Assembly (NCBI GenBank): GCA_907165135.1
Contig: OU015569.1
Coordinates: forward strand, 6,014,001-6,078,000
Origin: Oikopleura dioica
Lineage: Eukaryota > Animalia > Chordata
Reading direction: 5' to 3'
DNA: 64,000 bases
The position numbers were made by a program, and so were the translations under genes. The notes below the pieces were generated by a model. That model was not told the origin of the DNA and ran no database searches. It saw nothing but the letters and a program-made list of their open reading frames with translations. The first letter of the stretch is position 1; each line of letters opens with the position of its first letter. This document shows, piece by piece, positions 12,309-25,088 of the stretch.

Positions 12309-13197
12309 TTCCTCCTTTTTCTCTGAATTTCGAGTTTGCCGTCGCGCCCAAGGCAGTTTTTCCGAGGTGCACTCGCTTTTGCGCGGTGGTGCTCTTTTCA
12401 ATGGTTAAATATTAGCAAAGTCAGGGATTGGGATTGTCGCTGGCCGTGGTATTGTTCGACGTGAAAAACGAAAATTGTATAAAAATTAAATTACGCCATG
12501 TTTGAGTGCGGCTCTTGGCGCCGTCGAAAGTCGTCAAAAGAACAGCCTCAGACGCATTGAAGGCGCATCGTAACTATCTTTATTCTATGTAATCCATCAT
12601 AGGAAGTTTCACGGCGCATTTCACTCGACCAAACAGGCCATTCATCGTTGTATTAGTTTTTGACGTCTAAGAAGTCTTCTAGCATACGTTGCTATGTTGT
12701 TGCTACTTCCTTTCTGAGTTTAAAGAAAAAATATAATTTACAAAAAACCACTTCCTTTGTAACTATTTCTTATTTTGATAGCTTAGTCTACAATCCAGGG
12801 CAGCTCTTTTGAAGGATTCTCTCGCTCTTGAAATCACAACCTCGCAAAAGTCAAGTTTTGCTAAGAAATGATTGATTTTTAACAAAACACTGTTGTCGCA
12901 AAAAAGCGGATGGTCACGGCCATTTTCGGAAGAAGAAAATAACGTCTTTTAACTAAGCACAATAAAACCGCTCATTATTGCCCACAAAACATCGAGTTAT
13001 AGCTGTATGATTTGAATTTCGAAATACGCTATAAAAAGGAATTCTACGAAAGACTACAATTTTAAAATTTCCATTATCAAATACAAAATGGCGTGCTTCC
13101 TTTTTTCCCGAGGAGTTTTATATCTTAACGAGCAATTGAAGGGTGCATATAAAGCTAAATTTTCTTCGAACAGGCAATTCTTGTCTTTTTGAGAAAA

Positions 13198-15053
13198 ATG
13201 AGGAACTTGAAGATTTCAAATTACTTGTCGTATATATTTTCTATGATGGAGATTTTATTCTACGGAGGAGTGCCCTATGGCTTCGGGTTCTTGCAGTACA
13301 TTTTCGAGAAAGAAGGGGTGTTTTGGAAAGAACTTTGCTACGACGAAAATAACCCTGAACACGTGGCCAACTGCAAAGTGCAGGAAAGTGGACTCGTTTG
13401 TGAGTCGAATCTAACATCTACACCTTGTTTAAGGCGAGTTAGTGCCATTTTGAAAGCATATCTATATTTTCTTTAATTTTATAAGTTTCTTACTGATCTG
13501 CTAATGCTACTTATCCATCCATGAATCATTTCTTAATAGTTATTAGGTCTGAAGCCGAGTTCAACTCTATCTACACTTATTTTCTGCTGACGTCGTCCAT
13601 TACGCCACTGATATTGAGCGAGATACTAAACAAGTACGGACTCTTCATATTCCGCTTATTGAGCGCGACATTCACCACAGCAGGACTTGTAACGCTTTGT
13701 TTTTATGAGTCGAATCCCTATCTTTTGTGGGTAAGCTGGCAACTCCTTGGCGTTTCTGCAGTTTCGTAAGCATAGATCATGCTATCCTTTCGAATGTAAT
13801 TTCAGGCCTATATATTCGAATATACGCGAACTTTGCCCTTTGTTTCCAGCAATAAAATCGCTCTCGCTCGGATTAATAAATGGATTTTTCGACGCATCTG
13901 GTAATTGAAAATAAGAGCATTATTATTTTTATAAAATTCTAGGTGGTATGTATCTCGTCTTCAAACTTATCTACGACTCGAGCCCCTCTGTGTCTGTGCC
14001 GACGATGATCACTGTCTATACTGCGGGCTCTTCTCTCCTCTGGATAAAATCTTTCTTTTTTTCGCCTAGATACTTTATAACTGGTGACAAAACAAACTCC
14101 GTTTTCAAAGAATCTTTCATCGGGAGTGTATGCAAGAAGCATGTCGATATTAACCCTGGCAAAGAAGACGAAAATAACCAAAAGGAAGAACCTCCAACCT
14201 TGATGGAGTACAAAAAATCGCTATTGTCCCTGAATTTCCTGACTTTCCTGCTTTATTCAATATTTTTAACAATTCGTACCAATTCATTTCCGATTTGGTG
14301 TTTGCCATGGCTGAAGTGGACGTTTCGAGAATATCCAGAAGAAAGACGAGATCAGCTTGTCTCTCAAAACATGGACATCTATGGGATCATGTACTTTGCT
14401 AGCATACTCTTATGTCCGATTCCAGGTACGATCACATAACATAAAAAACTTTAAATTGGGGGATCATTTCAGGGATGGTAACGAAGTGGATTCAGAAATG
14501 CTCTAGTAGAAAAGACTCCTCAGAAGAAGAGGATGAGAAGAAAGGCGAGTATTATAGTCTTCTTGTCTTTCTAGGGTTCGCAGCCGTTGCCTGCACCGCA
14601 TTATCAGCTCAGGTTTGTTATTTTCTAAAAAAGTGCAAAATAACAATTAAGATGTGCATGACGGGGTCTCAACCGAACGCGACTTCTGCAGTCATCGAGT
14701 TCTCCATGATCCGGACAATATTTTACATCACTAGGGGAGTTTACGTTTTCCAATTTTTCCCGGAGTCCCATTTTGGCTTTCTTTACGGTGAGCGAAAATG
14801 AGTATCGGTTCTTAAAACTTTAATTCTAGCCATCATATCTGTTGTGGTTGGAACTCTTCAATTTATAATCGATCCGCTGTTCAAGTTGATACAGAATAAT
14901 GGTGAAGTCGATTTTATCCCAGTATCGGCGGCGATGGCCGTAGCCTGTGGTCTCTGCCTTCTTCAACCGTTGTACAACTGGTGTATTCGTGATGCGTACA
15001 TCACGACTAATAGAAGAACGAAAAAAGAAGAAGAGGAAATAACATCTATGTGA
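13198..15053 (+). CDS. SLC43-family (LAT3/LAT4/ENBT1-like) MFS transporter
   Basis: N-terminal MEILFYGGVPYGFGFLQYIFEKEGVF..LC matches the SLC43 pattern. It has multiple TM segments and the motifs LFPAIKSLSLGLINGFFDASG and QFFPESHFGFLY. Exons join through GT/GC-AG introns. Stop at 15051-15053. Confidence 0.88.
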
Positions 15054-15068
15054 ATTTATTAATAAATT
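15053..15068. terminator. Perfect 16-bp palindrome carrying AATAAA on both strands (shared poly(A) signal candidate)
   Basis: AATTTATTAATAAATT is its own reverse complement. AATAAA is on + at 15061-15066 and on - at 15060-15055. It lies in the 31-nt gap between the convergent SLC43 and TEP1 stop codons. Confidence 0.6.
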
Positions 15069-15084
15069 GTAGGCGTAACGGCAA

Positions 15085-18000
15085 TTATAGAGGAATAGCT
15101 CGTGAAAATGTGCCATTCGCAAAAGCGATGATTAAATTAGCATTTGCATCAATAGAGATCGAAGATATTTTTTCTTGGACAATGATTTCAGCCATCAGCT
15201 TTGTTTGTCGATCGTCGTCGGAGAAAGTGTAGACGTAGACGGTATGTCGTGAAGCATTAGCGATAAGTAATGACTTCTTTCCATCTTTGATGATTCCGAG
15301 CTTTCGAGTAATGAATGGCATCTCAATCTCTTCAGTTACATCTTAAGAAAATAATATTTATGGAAGTAGATCAAAATATACCTTCATCAACTCCGGTGTT
15401 GACTGCATTTGCCGGTGTTTCTGTAAACATCATTTCAAGTTTGTCAGTTTTCTGTTTCAGGTTGACTTGATAATGTCGCACAGTCCGAGTATCATCTGAC
15501 TCTCTAATATAGATCCTTAAATTTTTCTCCATCCACGGGACTATGGTATCTGTGCCAACGACTTCCGATGTCTCAATGGGTTCTATTGACAATGTGTTTG
15601 ACCAGAGTTCATTCGTCATGCAGTTCATGAAGTTATTTTGGTAGTTTATAAGGATGCGCAATGATTTTCCTTGTAAAATATCCAGTGCTTTTATCGGATA
15701 TTGGATTCCAGGGCTCTCTTTTCTTTGGAAATATACAAGAATCCCATTCAAAACCATCAAAGGAGTGCACTTGAGAGGCTGTATTTTCCATTCTCCATTA
15801 GTGACTGTGACAATTTCATCCTCTGTGACCATGTAGACAACGTTCTTGAATTCTCCTACGAGCTTTATTGGTGATTTTACTCGCTGTTTCATGATTTCAT
15901 TCGTATTCAATTCGAAAATTCCATCAGAGGAGGAGAAAATAATTTCTGTCTCCTTATTCTGCTTCGCCGTAAGCAAAGTCTCAACATGGACAGACTTGAT
16001 TTTCTGTCTTGATGATGGTCGCCATTCTTTGATTGAGTGTCCATCACTTCCAATCAGCAGAACGTCCTCGAGATCAATGAATTCCACTGGTTTAGGTTCA
16101 TTATCATCCCAATTGAATGGTTTATCTCTAACGGATACCAGAGCTGAGCCATTCTGGAAACCGCGACAGGTTGTAGAAGCGAGAACTTTTCCACGGTGCG
16201 AGAAAATATGCGCAGCATTGACGCTAGTTGTAGCAAGTAAATTCCCGAAAAGATTGATTTGAGAAGGGTTTTCGAGCAGAGCGAAGTTCACCACTTCTTT
16301 GAGACCCTCAGGAGACTCTTTGAGAAGTGAAACCGTGCAATTTTCGTAGCAAACCGCAGCAGAGACATCAGTAGACTGTTTCTCGTTGAAGCATGCGTCG
16401 ATGATCTTTTTACGAGGGTAAAAACTACTGTTCTTCGTCGTCTGCTGCATTTTGTAAAACGGAAATGAAGTAACCATAAGGGTCGTCGTTACAAATTTTG
16501 AGGAAACTTGGAGATACTTTGACTTTCCGATTTGTTTGATAGCAATAATCGAACAGTCGTAGGAGTTTTCCTTGCGAGCTCTCAGAGGTTCTAAGCTTCG
16601 TAAGTCTCTTTTAGATGAAATCTTGAATGTTTCCACCGAGAAACCCTTGTCATCTGAAATAATCACTTGTATGTTTCCGGAGCGGCTTTCAGTGAGAAAG
16701 ACATTTTGATGATCTAGCACTCGCTGGTTCAGAGGAATGTTATATGCTCTTAAGAATTTTTCTTTTTCGGATAGGAAATAGAGGTCGTTAGATGCTGTTT
16801 GAACCATGATACAGAAACCACAAACATCAAAGTCACAGGAAACAGCTTTCTTCACTGTCACTCCGAAATCGCCAGAGCCAATTGTACCACTGAATGTAGA
16901 GGTAACTGAGTGCAAAGAAGATCCTTTGCAGTAGTCAATGTTTCCGTTATAATAGACGAAAGCATATCCATAGTTGCTCTTGAACATCGCGAAGACAAGA
17001 TCGGAACACGTCTTGATGGTCTCTTGATCGGATTGTTTGTCCCAAACTGCGACAGACGAGCCCGTGGTGGAGGCAATGGTTCTATCCCCGATGATAAAGT
17101 CGGTGACGGGTTCTGCAGAATCCACTGCTTCAGCTGTTACTGTGCCACACTTGGCGCTCATCCATCGCACAGCACCGGAACTGTAACCGACAGCAAGCAA
17201 AAGCTCATCTTTTCTTTGGTCGAAAGATAGTGCAGTTATAGAGGCCGAAATATCTGTCTCTATTTTTGCAACGCAAGAGCCATCGATCGCATTGTAGAGG
17301 TAAATTCTCGAATTCCAGAGGCCAACGGCTACGCGCTGAAAATCATAACCTGGCTCTTGGGGAGTGCTGCCAACGCCGACGGAAAGTGCTACCTTCCCTG
17401 GAACGTGATCGAAAAACTGAGACCAAATTAACTTGCCATCCTCTGATCGCCAAAAATTAAGACAGCGAGTATCTGCATGTAGTGTGACAAAGCTCTCTCC
17501 TGAAAGAGCGACGGCGATATCAGTTACCTCTCCGTGGCCGTTTTTGGCTACATTTTGGACGATGAAGTCAGTGTCATTACAGATAGAAATATTGCCATGA
17601 GCGACAACAATCGCGTTGGATTGACTCAACGCTATTTTATTCGTTCCTCTGAATGGAAAATGCTTGATAGTCTCTTCTCCGGTTGAAAAATCACGAGTTA
17701 GAAGATTTCCACTGTCGGATAAAATGGAGATTGAACCTTCTTTCGACGAGATAATCTGGCCACCTTGTGAGGACAGGAAGTTGAATGTTTCCGAGAAATC
17801 GATAACTTCGTAGATCTTATTTTCGGGAGAATCGCCAAATAAATTTTCGTCCTTGAAATGGCAATCAACGAGAGCTTGTTTCATTCCAATTTCAGCACTG
17901 TATCTATTATTCAAATACGAAATCTTCTCCATTCGAGATGTAAAATGTTTGTCCGAGAACTTCAAGATCTTCTTTGTGACAGATTTCAGCAAGTCAAGTT

Positions 18001-21000
18001 TTTTAAGGAGCAGAATTATCTTCGCATCGACAAATTTCTTGCATTGAGGAAGAGTAAGGAGAGAAGGCAAGTTTTCGAGTGCAGTACTCGTCATTGTCTC
18101 TTTATTGTTCTTCAATATATCAATATAGCTTTCAAGAATGCCATCTTTGAAATTTTGAAGTATATCGACTGAAGAAAGTCCGGCGAGAATAGATTTTTTT
18201 ATCATAACTTTATCATCGACGATATCAACCAGCCACTCCTCCAGTCCTGATGCATACAAGTGGATGGTTTTCTCATCAGCGGGCGCAGCACCAGACCATA
18301 AGTACAATGAGTTTAGCCATACTTCGTAGTTTATAGGCTTATCAAGAAGCATGCCAGCTGCAGCATACGCAAAATATCCATAAACTGGCTCGGATATCTT
18401 GAGTATAAATGGTCCAAGCTCATCGAAATTCTTGGGTAAATGAGGAATTGGTATCCGATTTGTAAAAGTACGTAGGCCAGCAGCAAGCATTTTCATAAAT
18501 GCAACGTTTGAGCTTCCTTCGAGGGTATCAATTTTAGAATGCACACGTCTGTCCGCTTCGAATCCTATGAAACCGTTGAAAATGACCTTCTTTTCAGATG
18601 GAGAAAGTCGTTTTAGATTCAGGAAATTACGGGCGGAATCCTGGAATATACGCTGAAGTGCAAAAGTGTTAGTCTGAACGCCGAAAACGACTGAAGAAGT
18701 AGCCCTGTGACTCAAAACTGCCCACTCGATTGTCTCTAACTGTTGGGCATTATCTATAAATATAGTAGCATTTGAAGGGAGCGAGCTTTCGAGTAGATTG
18801 GGGTCTTCTTTTGGCTTCACAACGACCCCAAGTTGACTTCTCACAGCGTCAAGAAGATCTTCTACGGTGGTTTCATCGGTGCACTCGTACCATGCTGTTA
18901 CTTTTTCCTTTTCAATCTCTTTTCTTCTTAAATACCTCATCAAACATGTTTTTCCAGCATCCTTAGTTCCGTGAATAACAGTAACCTGGCCTTCGAATAT
19001 GCAACTTTTCGCTCTATTGAGAACCATATGCCGTCCATGAAAAGCCATATCATCATCTTTTATCTTCCTTTGAGGATTTTTGTTGCATTGAGCGATAGCA
19101 CTTGGAAGGTTTTGCATGATCTCATGGGATAAATCGCTGATATATTGAAAATCCACAGTAGAAAAGCCGAGTTTTTCTTCAAGTTCGTCCAGACGAGGAT
19201 CCCTTGAGAGCATTTGTTTTTTCAGCAGGATCGTTGGTTTACTGAAGTGTTTTGCCGTTAGTAATTCAGCTGCTGTAATAGATATTTTCTTGTTATCTTC
19301 GCCCCACGAGCTTGTAAAGTCGAACCCAGCTGGGGGAAATATCTCCTCGTAAAGTCGGCCGGGAACAGAACCAAAGCGCTCTCCAAGTATGCCGATAACA
19401 ATATCCGCTTCAATAATTTTCTTGAGACAAAAGGTTGTAGCACGAATCTGATTCTTGAAATTTTCAGGAAATCGAATATCAACCGGCTGCAAGAATACGT
19501 CATCGCGAGTTTTATTGAAGGCTGGTATGATAGAGTCGACGATTCTTTGCCGTTCTGTGGATAAGTCCATATACGTTGACGAAATAAATACTTTCAAAAT
19601 TTGTTTTCCATTTTGTCCATTGCCGGCAGCATCATCTTTATTATCAAAGTCATCAAGATGGACATCAAATTGCGAGGGATAAGCTTCAATATCTCTGATA
19701 ACATCTGATTTACTGTCCTCGGCAATAAATCGCAAGACTTGCTCATTGCATCCACTGACGCTTACGATTTTTGGAATCTTATTTCTGTTAAGGTTAAAAG
19801 AAAAAGAAAGATCTTTGAGTCGATGTTAAAAGCTCCATTAACCCTTTCCTATCGCCAAGAGAATACACACGAAGCTTGTTGGTAGCAAAGTCCGCACGTG
19901 TTCGAAGGTATTCCACCGGAAGGTCTCTCTCGTTGACGAAAACGAGACGGTTCACAGTCAATGGTTGTTTTTCAAAGAGGATCCAGTCTATCATAGTTTG
20001 CATATTCTTATATCGCGCGAAAGTTGTTTCTCTATCTTTCCATTTATTGACCAAGTCAATCAACGAAGAAGTTTTCTTATCGAAGTGAAGTCGGCTAACG
20101 CTTACGGGATCTTCATGATCTCCGTCAAAGTGATTTTCCGCCTCATAGTAATAAAGATCAACATCTTGGCAAGATTTGATTGCACAAGCAGCCATCACCA
20201 AAGCTTGGAAGTTTTTGTCTGCCGTGAGACCAGTTGGCTTTTTGTCTTTGCCTGGAAGGACATCCTTCTTGAGTTTTTTTATAAAGAAAATAGTGCGACC
20301 AGGGACAGATGGAACGTTGTTAATTGAGTGCAGGATTGCTTGATTTAGACAGATCTTGTATTTTTTAATCGTTCCCAATAATGTTTTCTTCCATATTTGA
20401 GATCCAACAGCTAAGTCCGTTTTCAAGTGGTAAAGTTTGCTCGTTTTGACATTCACGTGGTTGACCAGATTTTTCGCACGAAAGTGTTCAGCTTTGCAGA
20501 AAGCAAGCAAGTTTTTCCAATTCACGTCGTCTAGGTAGTCATCTTTGGGCACCGGCTTTGTAGGCTGTTTCGATAAATTTATAAGAAATTCCTTGAAATT
20601 TTCTTTCGCTTCAAAACTCTCTGGAGGACTCGGAACTTTAAGGGATTTCTTCTTCCATCCTACATCAAGAACTCTTTTGACACCGCGACCATATGGCTTC
20701 AGGACATCTTGCCAAGATCTTTCATTGCGGGTTGCCTGATCCTCCATTTCATTAACTTCATCCTCAAGTGCCCGAATTATGTCAAATGCAGCGAAGAATT
20801 GAGAAGGCATCTGCTTCGATCTAAAGATAGAGTTATTGGTATTTTCCTTCCATGGGAAACTAACCTTGCAACAGCATTTCTATTGCTTATAAATTTCCTG
20901 AAAAGGCCATCACACTCATCGTTGATTCCGCAATAAAAAATATTACGAATGTTTCGCAGCCCTGCCATGTATGGAAGCTTACGCGACTTGATAAGACCTT

Positions 21001-22200
21001 CCCACGCTTCAGCAACATTTCCCTTCGCAGTCAGTTCAGTTTCCCAAGTCATCGCCGTTTTGAGCTTCATTCTCTCCCCGCAGCGTTCGCGATCGTAGGG
21101 CTCGGTCAGTCGCGTTTTTGCGTACTCTTCGTATGACGACGGGTACCGCTTACCGAGGATTCCCATGACATATTCAGCGGGATCTTTGATATGCAGAGTT
21201 CTGATAAGATTCTTGAGTGTATGGACTTTTGCAGGAGGATCTTCGTCGGACACGATTTCAGCTGGTTGCTTTTTCTTCCGCTGTGGACGCTTATTGTGTT
21301 TCTGCAGTTGATACTCGTCAAACTCTCGGAATTTGTCTGTCATCGCTTTTCGAAGCGAAGTGCTGATTGTGCCACTATTTAGTTTCTCGTTCATTTCCGC
21401 GATCTCTATCCAATCTGATGGAGTGACAACGAGTGGCGAGAAATACTTCCGAATGAATTGCCGACTTTTTGGATGAGAAGCTGCGACAGCCGCGATAAAG
21501 TTCGATGCACTTCTTATATTCAAAAAACGACGAGCGTAAAGAGCAACCTGTAGGACAAATTCTGGTTTTTCGGAGTCGATTACAGCCTCAATTAAACTTC
21601 GGAAGGATTTAACGCTTGGATGTTCAATCTTCTTGAAGTCGACCCGGTTGACCAGACACAGGTTGACCTCATGAAGTAGAGTGATCTTTTTCTTGCGTTC
21701 ATTTTCTTCTCGTTCAGCAAGCTCATATTTCTGGTCGTCCTGTCCAGAGATATCTTCGAAAAGATTTGTTGTCTCGAGAAGTTTGACTTCATTTGAAGTG
21801 ATCGTTTTGGATCGTATCGAGACATGAGTATCCTTAGGTACGAGCTGAACATCGTCTGGAGTCCAACATGATGACGGTTTTTGATAGAGTTCGTCACTGA
21901 AGACTTCTTCTTTTTCTGGCTCTAAAGATGCTAATGACCCCGGTGACTCGATAGGAGAGGCCAGTTGGAGCAAGTAGTTCTCATTTCCAAAAGAGGATGA
22001 TGTTCGATTGAGCAAGAGTTTATTGTCGAGCGTTTTGTTCACTGATGTTGATCCTTCGAGGTTTTTATTCGCTAACAACGAGGAATCTGCAAGTGATGAT
22101 GATAGAAGTTCCTTATTTTGGAGATTTTGGGTTCCTAAAACAAAACAAGAAAGCAACAAAAAGTATAAGATAAATTACCAAAGAATGTGCAAGCAAGATT
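15085..22200 (-). CDS. TEP1: Telomerase protein component 1 / vault-associated TEP1 (TROVE - DUF4062 - NACHT - WD40)
   Basis: TROVE motifs EFVLQVALYARRFLNIRS...PSDWIEIAE and WETELTAKGNVAEAWEGLIKSRKLPYMAGLRN. DUF4062 motif LKVFISSTYMDLSTER. P-loop HGTKDAGKT, followed by a WD40-like beta region. Introns: 20864-20821 (GT-AG, 44 nt), 19848-19785 (GA-AG, 64 nt) and one near 15380-15340. The 5-prime exons (to about 22660) are unresolved. Confidence 0.92.
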
Positions 22201-23405
22201 GCGTTTCGTTGTTTTAGCTGAGGTCAGTAAGGACGGATTGGATTTAAGAAGTGGATTGGACGTTAGAGGCCTGTTTATATCTTACGAGGGTTGGATTGTG
22301 CTTTGATTTCTTGATTTTCGATGAAATAACATGCATTCAACCTTTTCCTGTTGACGAAAGCTGAAGAGAGCTTGTCAATGGCCTCGTGGACGATGTAGAC
22401 TGCAACAGAGTGTTAAATCTCGAATTGAGTAAATTATTCTCTAAAGTCGCCATCGCGAGAATGACCCGATTTCTCCTGTGCGAGCGCTAATAAAGGCTCA
22501 TTGATTAGTCTACTGTTGTCAGGATAGCTCTGAACTGCTCAGTGTCGTTTCGTAGCAATTTCGTTTGAATGAATCGGCGGAGGACTTTTTGCTGGAAGAA
22601 AAGGGGCGCTTGAAGAATTCGTGAGTTTCGCAAATAGTTATCAACAAAATAATTACACGAAGTTCAAATATTCTAGCCTACAAGAATGAGTTTGGTATAT
22701 TTAAATATAAATATTTATTTACACTAGGTTCAATCTCTAAAATGTAATTTTATACATTTTAAAACAAATTGTTTCCGATAATTATATTAATCCATGGTCG
22801 TAAATGCCTCAGAAATAAACACTAGAAATAACGATGATATGAGGAAAATATTTTCTCATAAGTTTGTGACAGAATTCCAATATCGTCCCAGGAAGCTTGA
22901 ATCTAACCCTTGGGCAGGTTGTTCAATATTCGACGGCCTTTATTATCAGTTCTTCACGTGGGAAAGCAACTTTTTAAAGTTGCCGCCATTCACTTTCTGG
23001 AATCTTTGAATTAAAATTTTGAAAATTCAACCTCAAAGCTTGACTAGCATTTCGTTGAGCTGGGACTAGAATTTCTCGAAATTATGGGCGGTATTATAGC
23101 AAAACCAAGACCTGATTGCCGAGTCTACAATGTAGACTCTACATAAAACAGTTTTAGATCATCATGACCTTGGAACAGATAACTCAGAGCGGCTAAAGAT
23201 CAACTCGACTTTCCGTAGAAAAAAAAAACTACAGAGGCGCGACTGATGTCCTTTTTCTAAAAATTGATAAAAGAAAAGACCCGCTGATCGGTTCTGAATT
23301 TTATCGTGAGCCGCGATACCGGTATATTTTATACTGGTCGAGTAGAGTTTCTTTTTCGGGAAAACAAGACTGGCAGTCTGTCTGTGCTGGTCGGATTAGG
23401 CGACC

Positions 23406-24193
23406 TTGAGTGGGCAAAAACAAGCAGCGAGGTCAATCCGGGGATGTGAGATTGTTCCTGGCGCGATTTTCGAACTTCTTGACGGATTTACCAAGCGCGT
23501 CCTTTACTTAGAGAAGAGAAATGGCTGCGAAAATTTTTGCCTGCTGGATAATACGCCGGCAAATCGGGAAGACTTTCACTACGCTTGTAAAACAGAGGAC
23601 CACTTTAAACAAGTGCAAAGTGCTCTCGGAATCCAGCCGGGATCTATTCACTACCACTATGAACTAAGTAGATTCAACTGTACTTCGATTCATTTTCTCC
23701 TTTCGAGTGATAGAAAATGGTATCAAGAAGCTTTCAAGCAGCTTTGTGGCGGTATTCAAGAGATCTGCCAACCATGCCAATCATTTCAGCGCGCTTTCTG
23801 ATGCATTCCGGTTCGATATTGAAAAACCGCATGCGCATTGTGCAAAATTACAAATGAATGATAGAAATTTTATTCAGTTTTTACTGCCCTTAGGTACAAC
23901 GCCCTCTACCCAAGAATATTGCAAGGGGGTTTTTCACGTGTTTTTTTGAAAATCTACGCTTCCCTCAAAATATGCATTGTAGTGCGTGCAGTTTCAGTGT
24001 TAGAAAGACACCGGGTGGCTTCAGTGTTCCGGATCGACCACTAAAAGCGGAATGTGACCACAATTGCGATTTTGGCGGTTCGACAAAGCTAAAAATGAGG
24101 AGTTGTATTCACTGGCCAGCGCTGGTGGACGCTTGCGGTCAATCACTAAAATTGACAAAATACGACTTCTTTTCTGAAAATTTCGAAAGATAA
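23406..24193 (+). other. Cluster of protein-like ORF fragments, weakly LRAT/PLAAT (NlpC/P60)-like
   Basis: PGAIFELLDGF...VQSALGIQPGSIHYHYELSRFNC loosely recalls the LRAT-domain G-x-Y-x-L-x-x-x-NC motif. I could not build a clean gene model. Confidence 0.25.
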
Positions 24194-25088
24194 ATCAGCT
24201 ACCAAGAAACGCTTCCACTTTTAAATTTGGCTCAGAGTTAATGAAATCAAGTGTACAACAGATACGGAACTCGAGAAGCCAGCTCGATGCAATTTAAGTT
24301 TCACGTATTATCTCTCCTTCACCTTTTTCAACCCCAAATGCCAAATCGAAGCGATCGGCCGGTCCATATCAAACTGAATTGTCTGTGTACAGCTCTGTTC
24401 TAATTCACTTAAATTGCCATTTTAGAAATAAATTTTCATTTTCTTGGGCGGAAACGGAAAGAAAGGAACAGTCGTCAAAATCCTTAATTTTTATTTTTAA
24501 TCAAAACATGCCAAAAAGCACTCTTATGATAGGTGTCTTATTTATCATGCAAACTGCAAAATAGTTCCCAATTTTCTCAGCATTCTAAGAGTTGTGTTAG
24601 TAACTTATTATTCGCGTAAGGCGCCACTTATGAGGGCATTTAAGCGATAACAACATGTTGATTCTAGATTTGGTGATGGAGCTGATTTGCGTCTTTTAAA
24701 CTGAACATTGCTCCTGTGGCTTTGTAAAAATGACCTCAAGTTAGTGTTAGCGCACACAGAAATCTGGCTGGAGTTGGTGGCGAGCAAAGTCCGAAGTTTT
24801 TAAAGCACAGCTTGACGGGAGAACCTTGATGCCACTCGTAAAGAGCTGCACGAAAAAGAACAAACATATTTACACAGGAACCGTCCTCAAACATTGTTCG
24901 AGATTAGGAAATCACTACTTGAACCGACATCTAACTGACATTTTTTAATTTGCTTTTTTTCACTTGCTTTAAAATTTTTGTGATCTAAAAGAAGAAACAT
25001 GTCGCTCGTTAATTAATTAAGAGAGTCACTTCCGGTCAACTTTAAGAAATAACTTACCTTTTATTTCTACGAGAAAAAAAACACAAAA

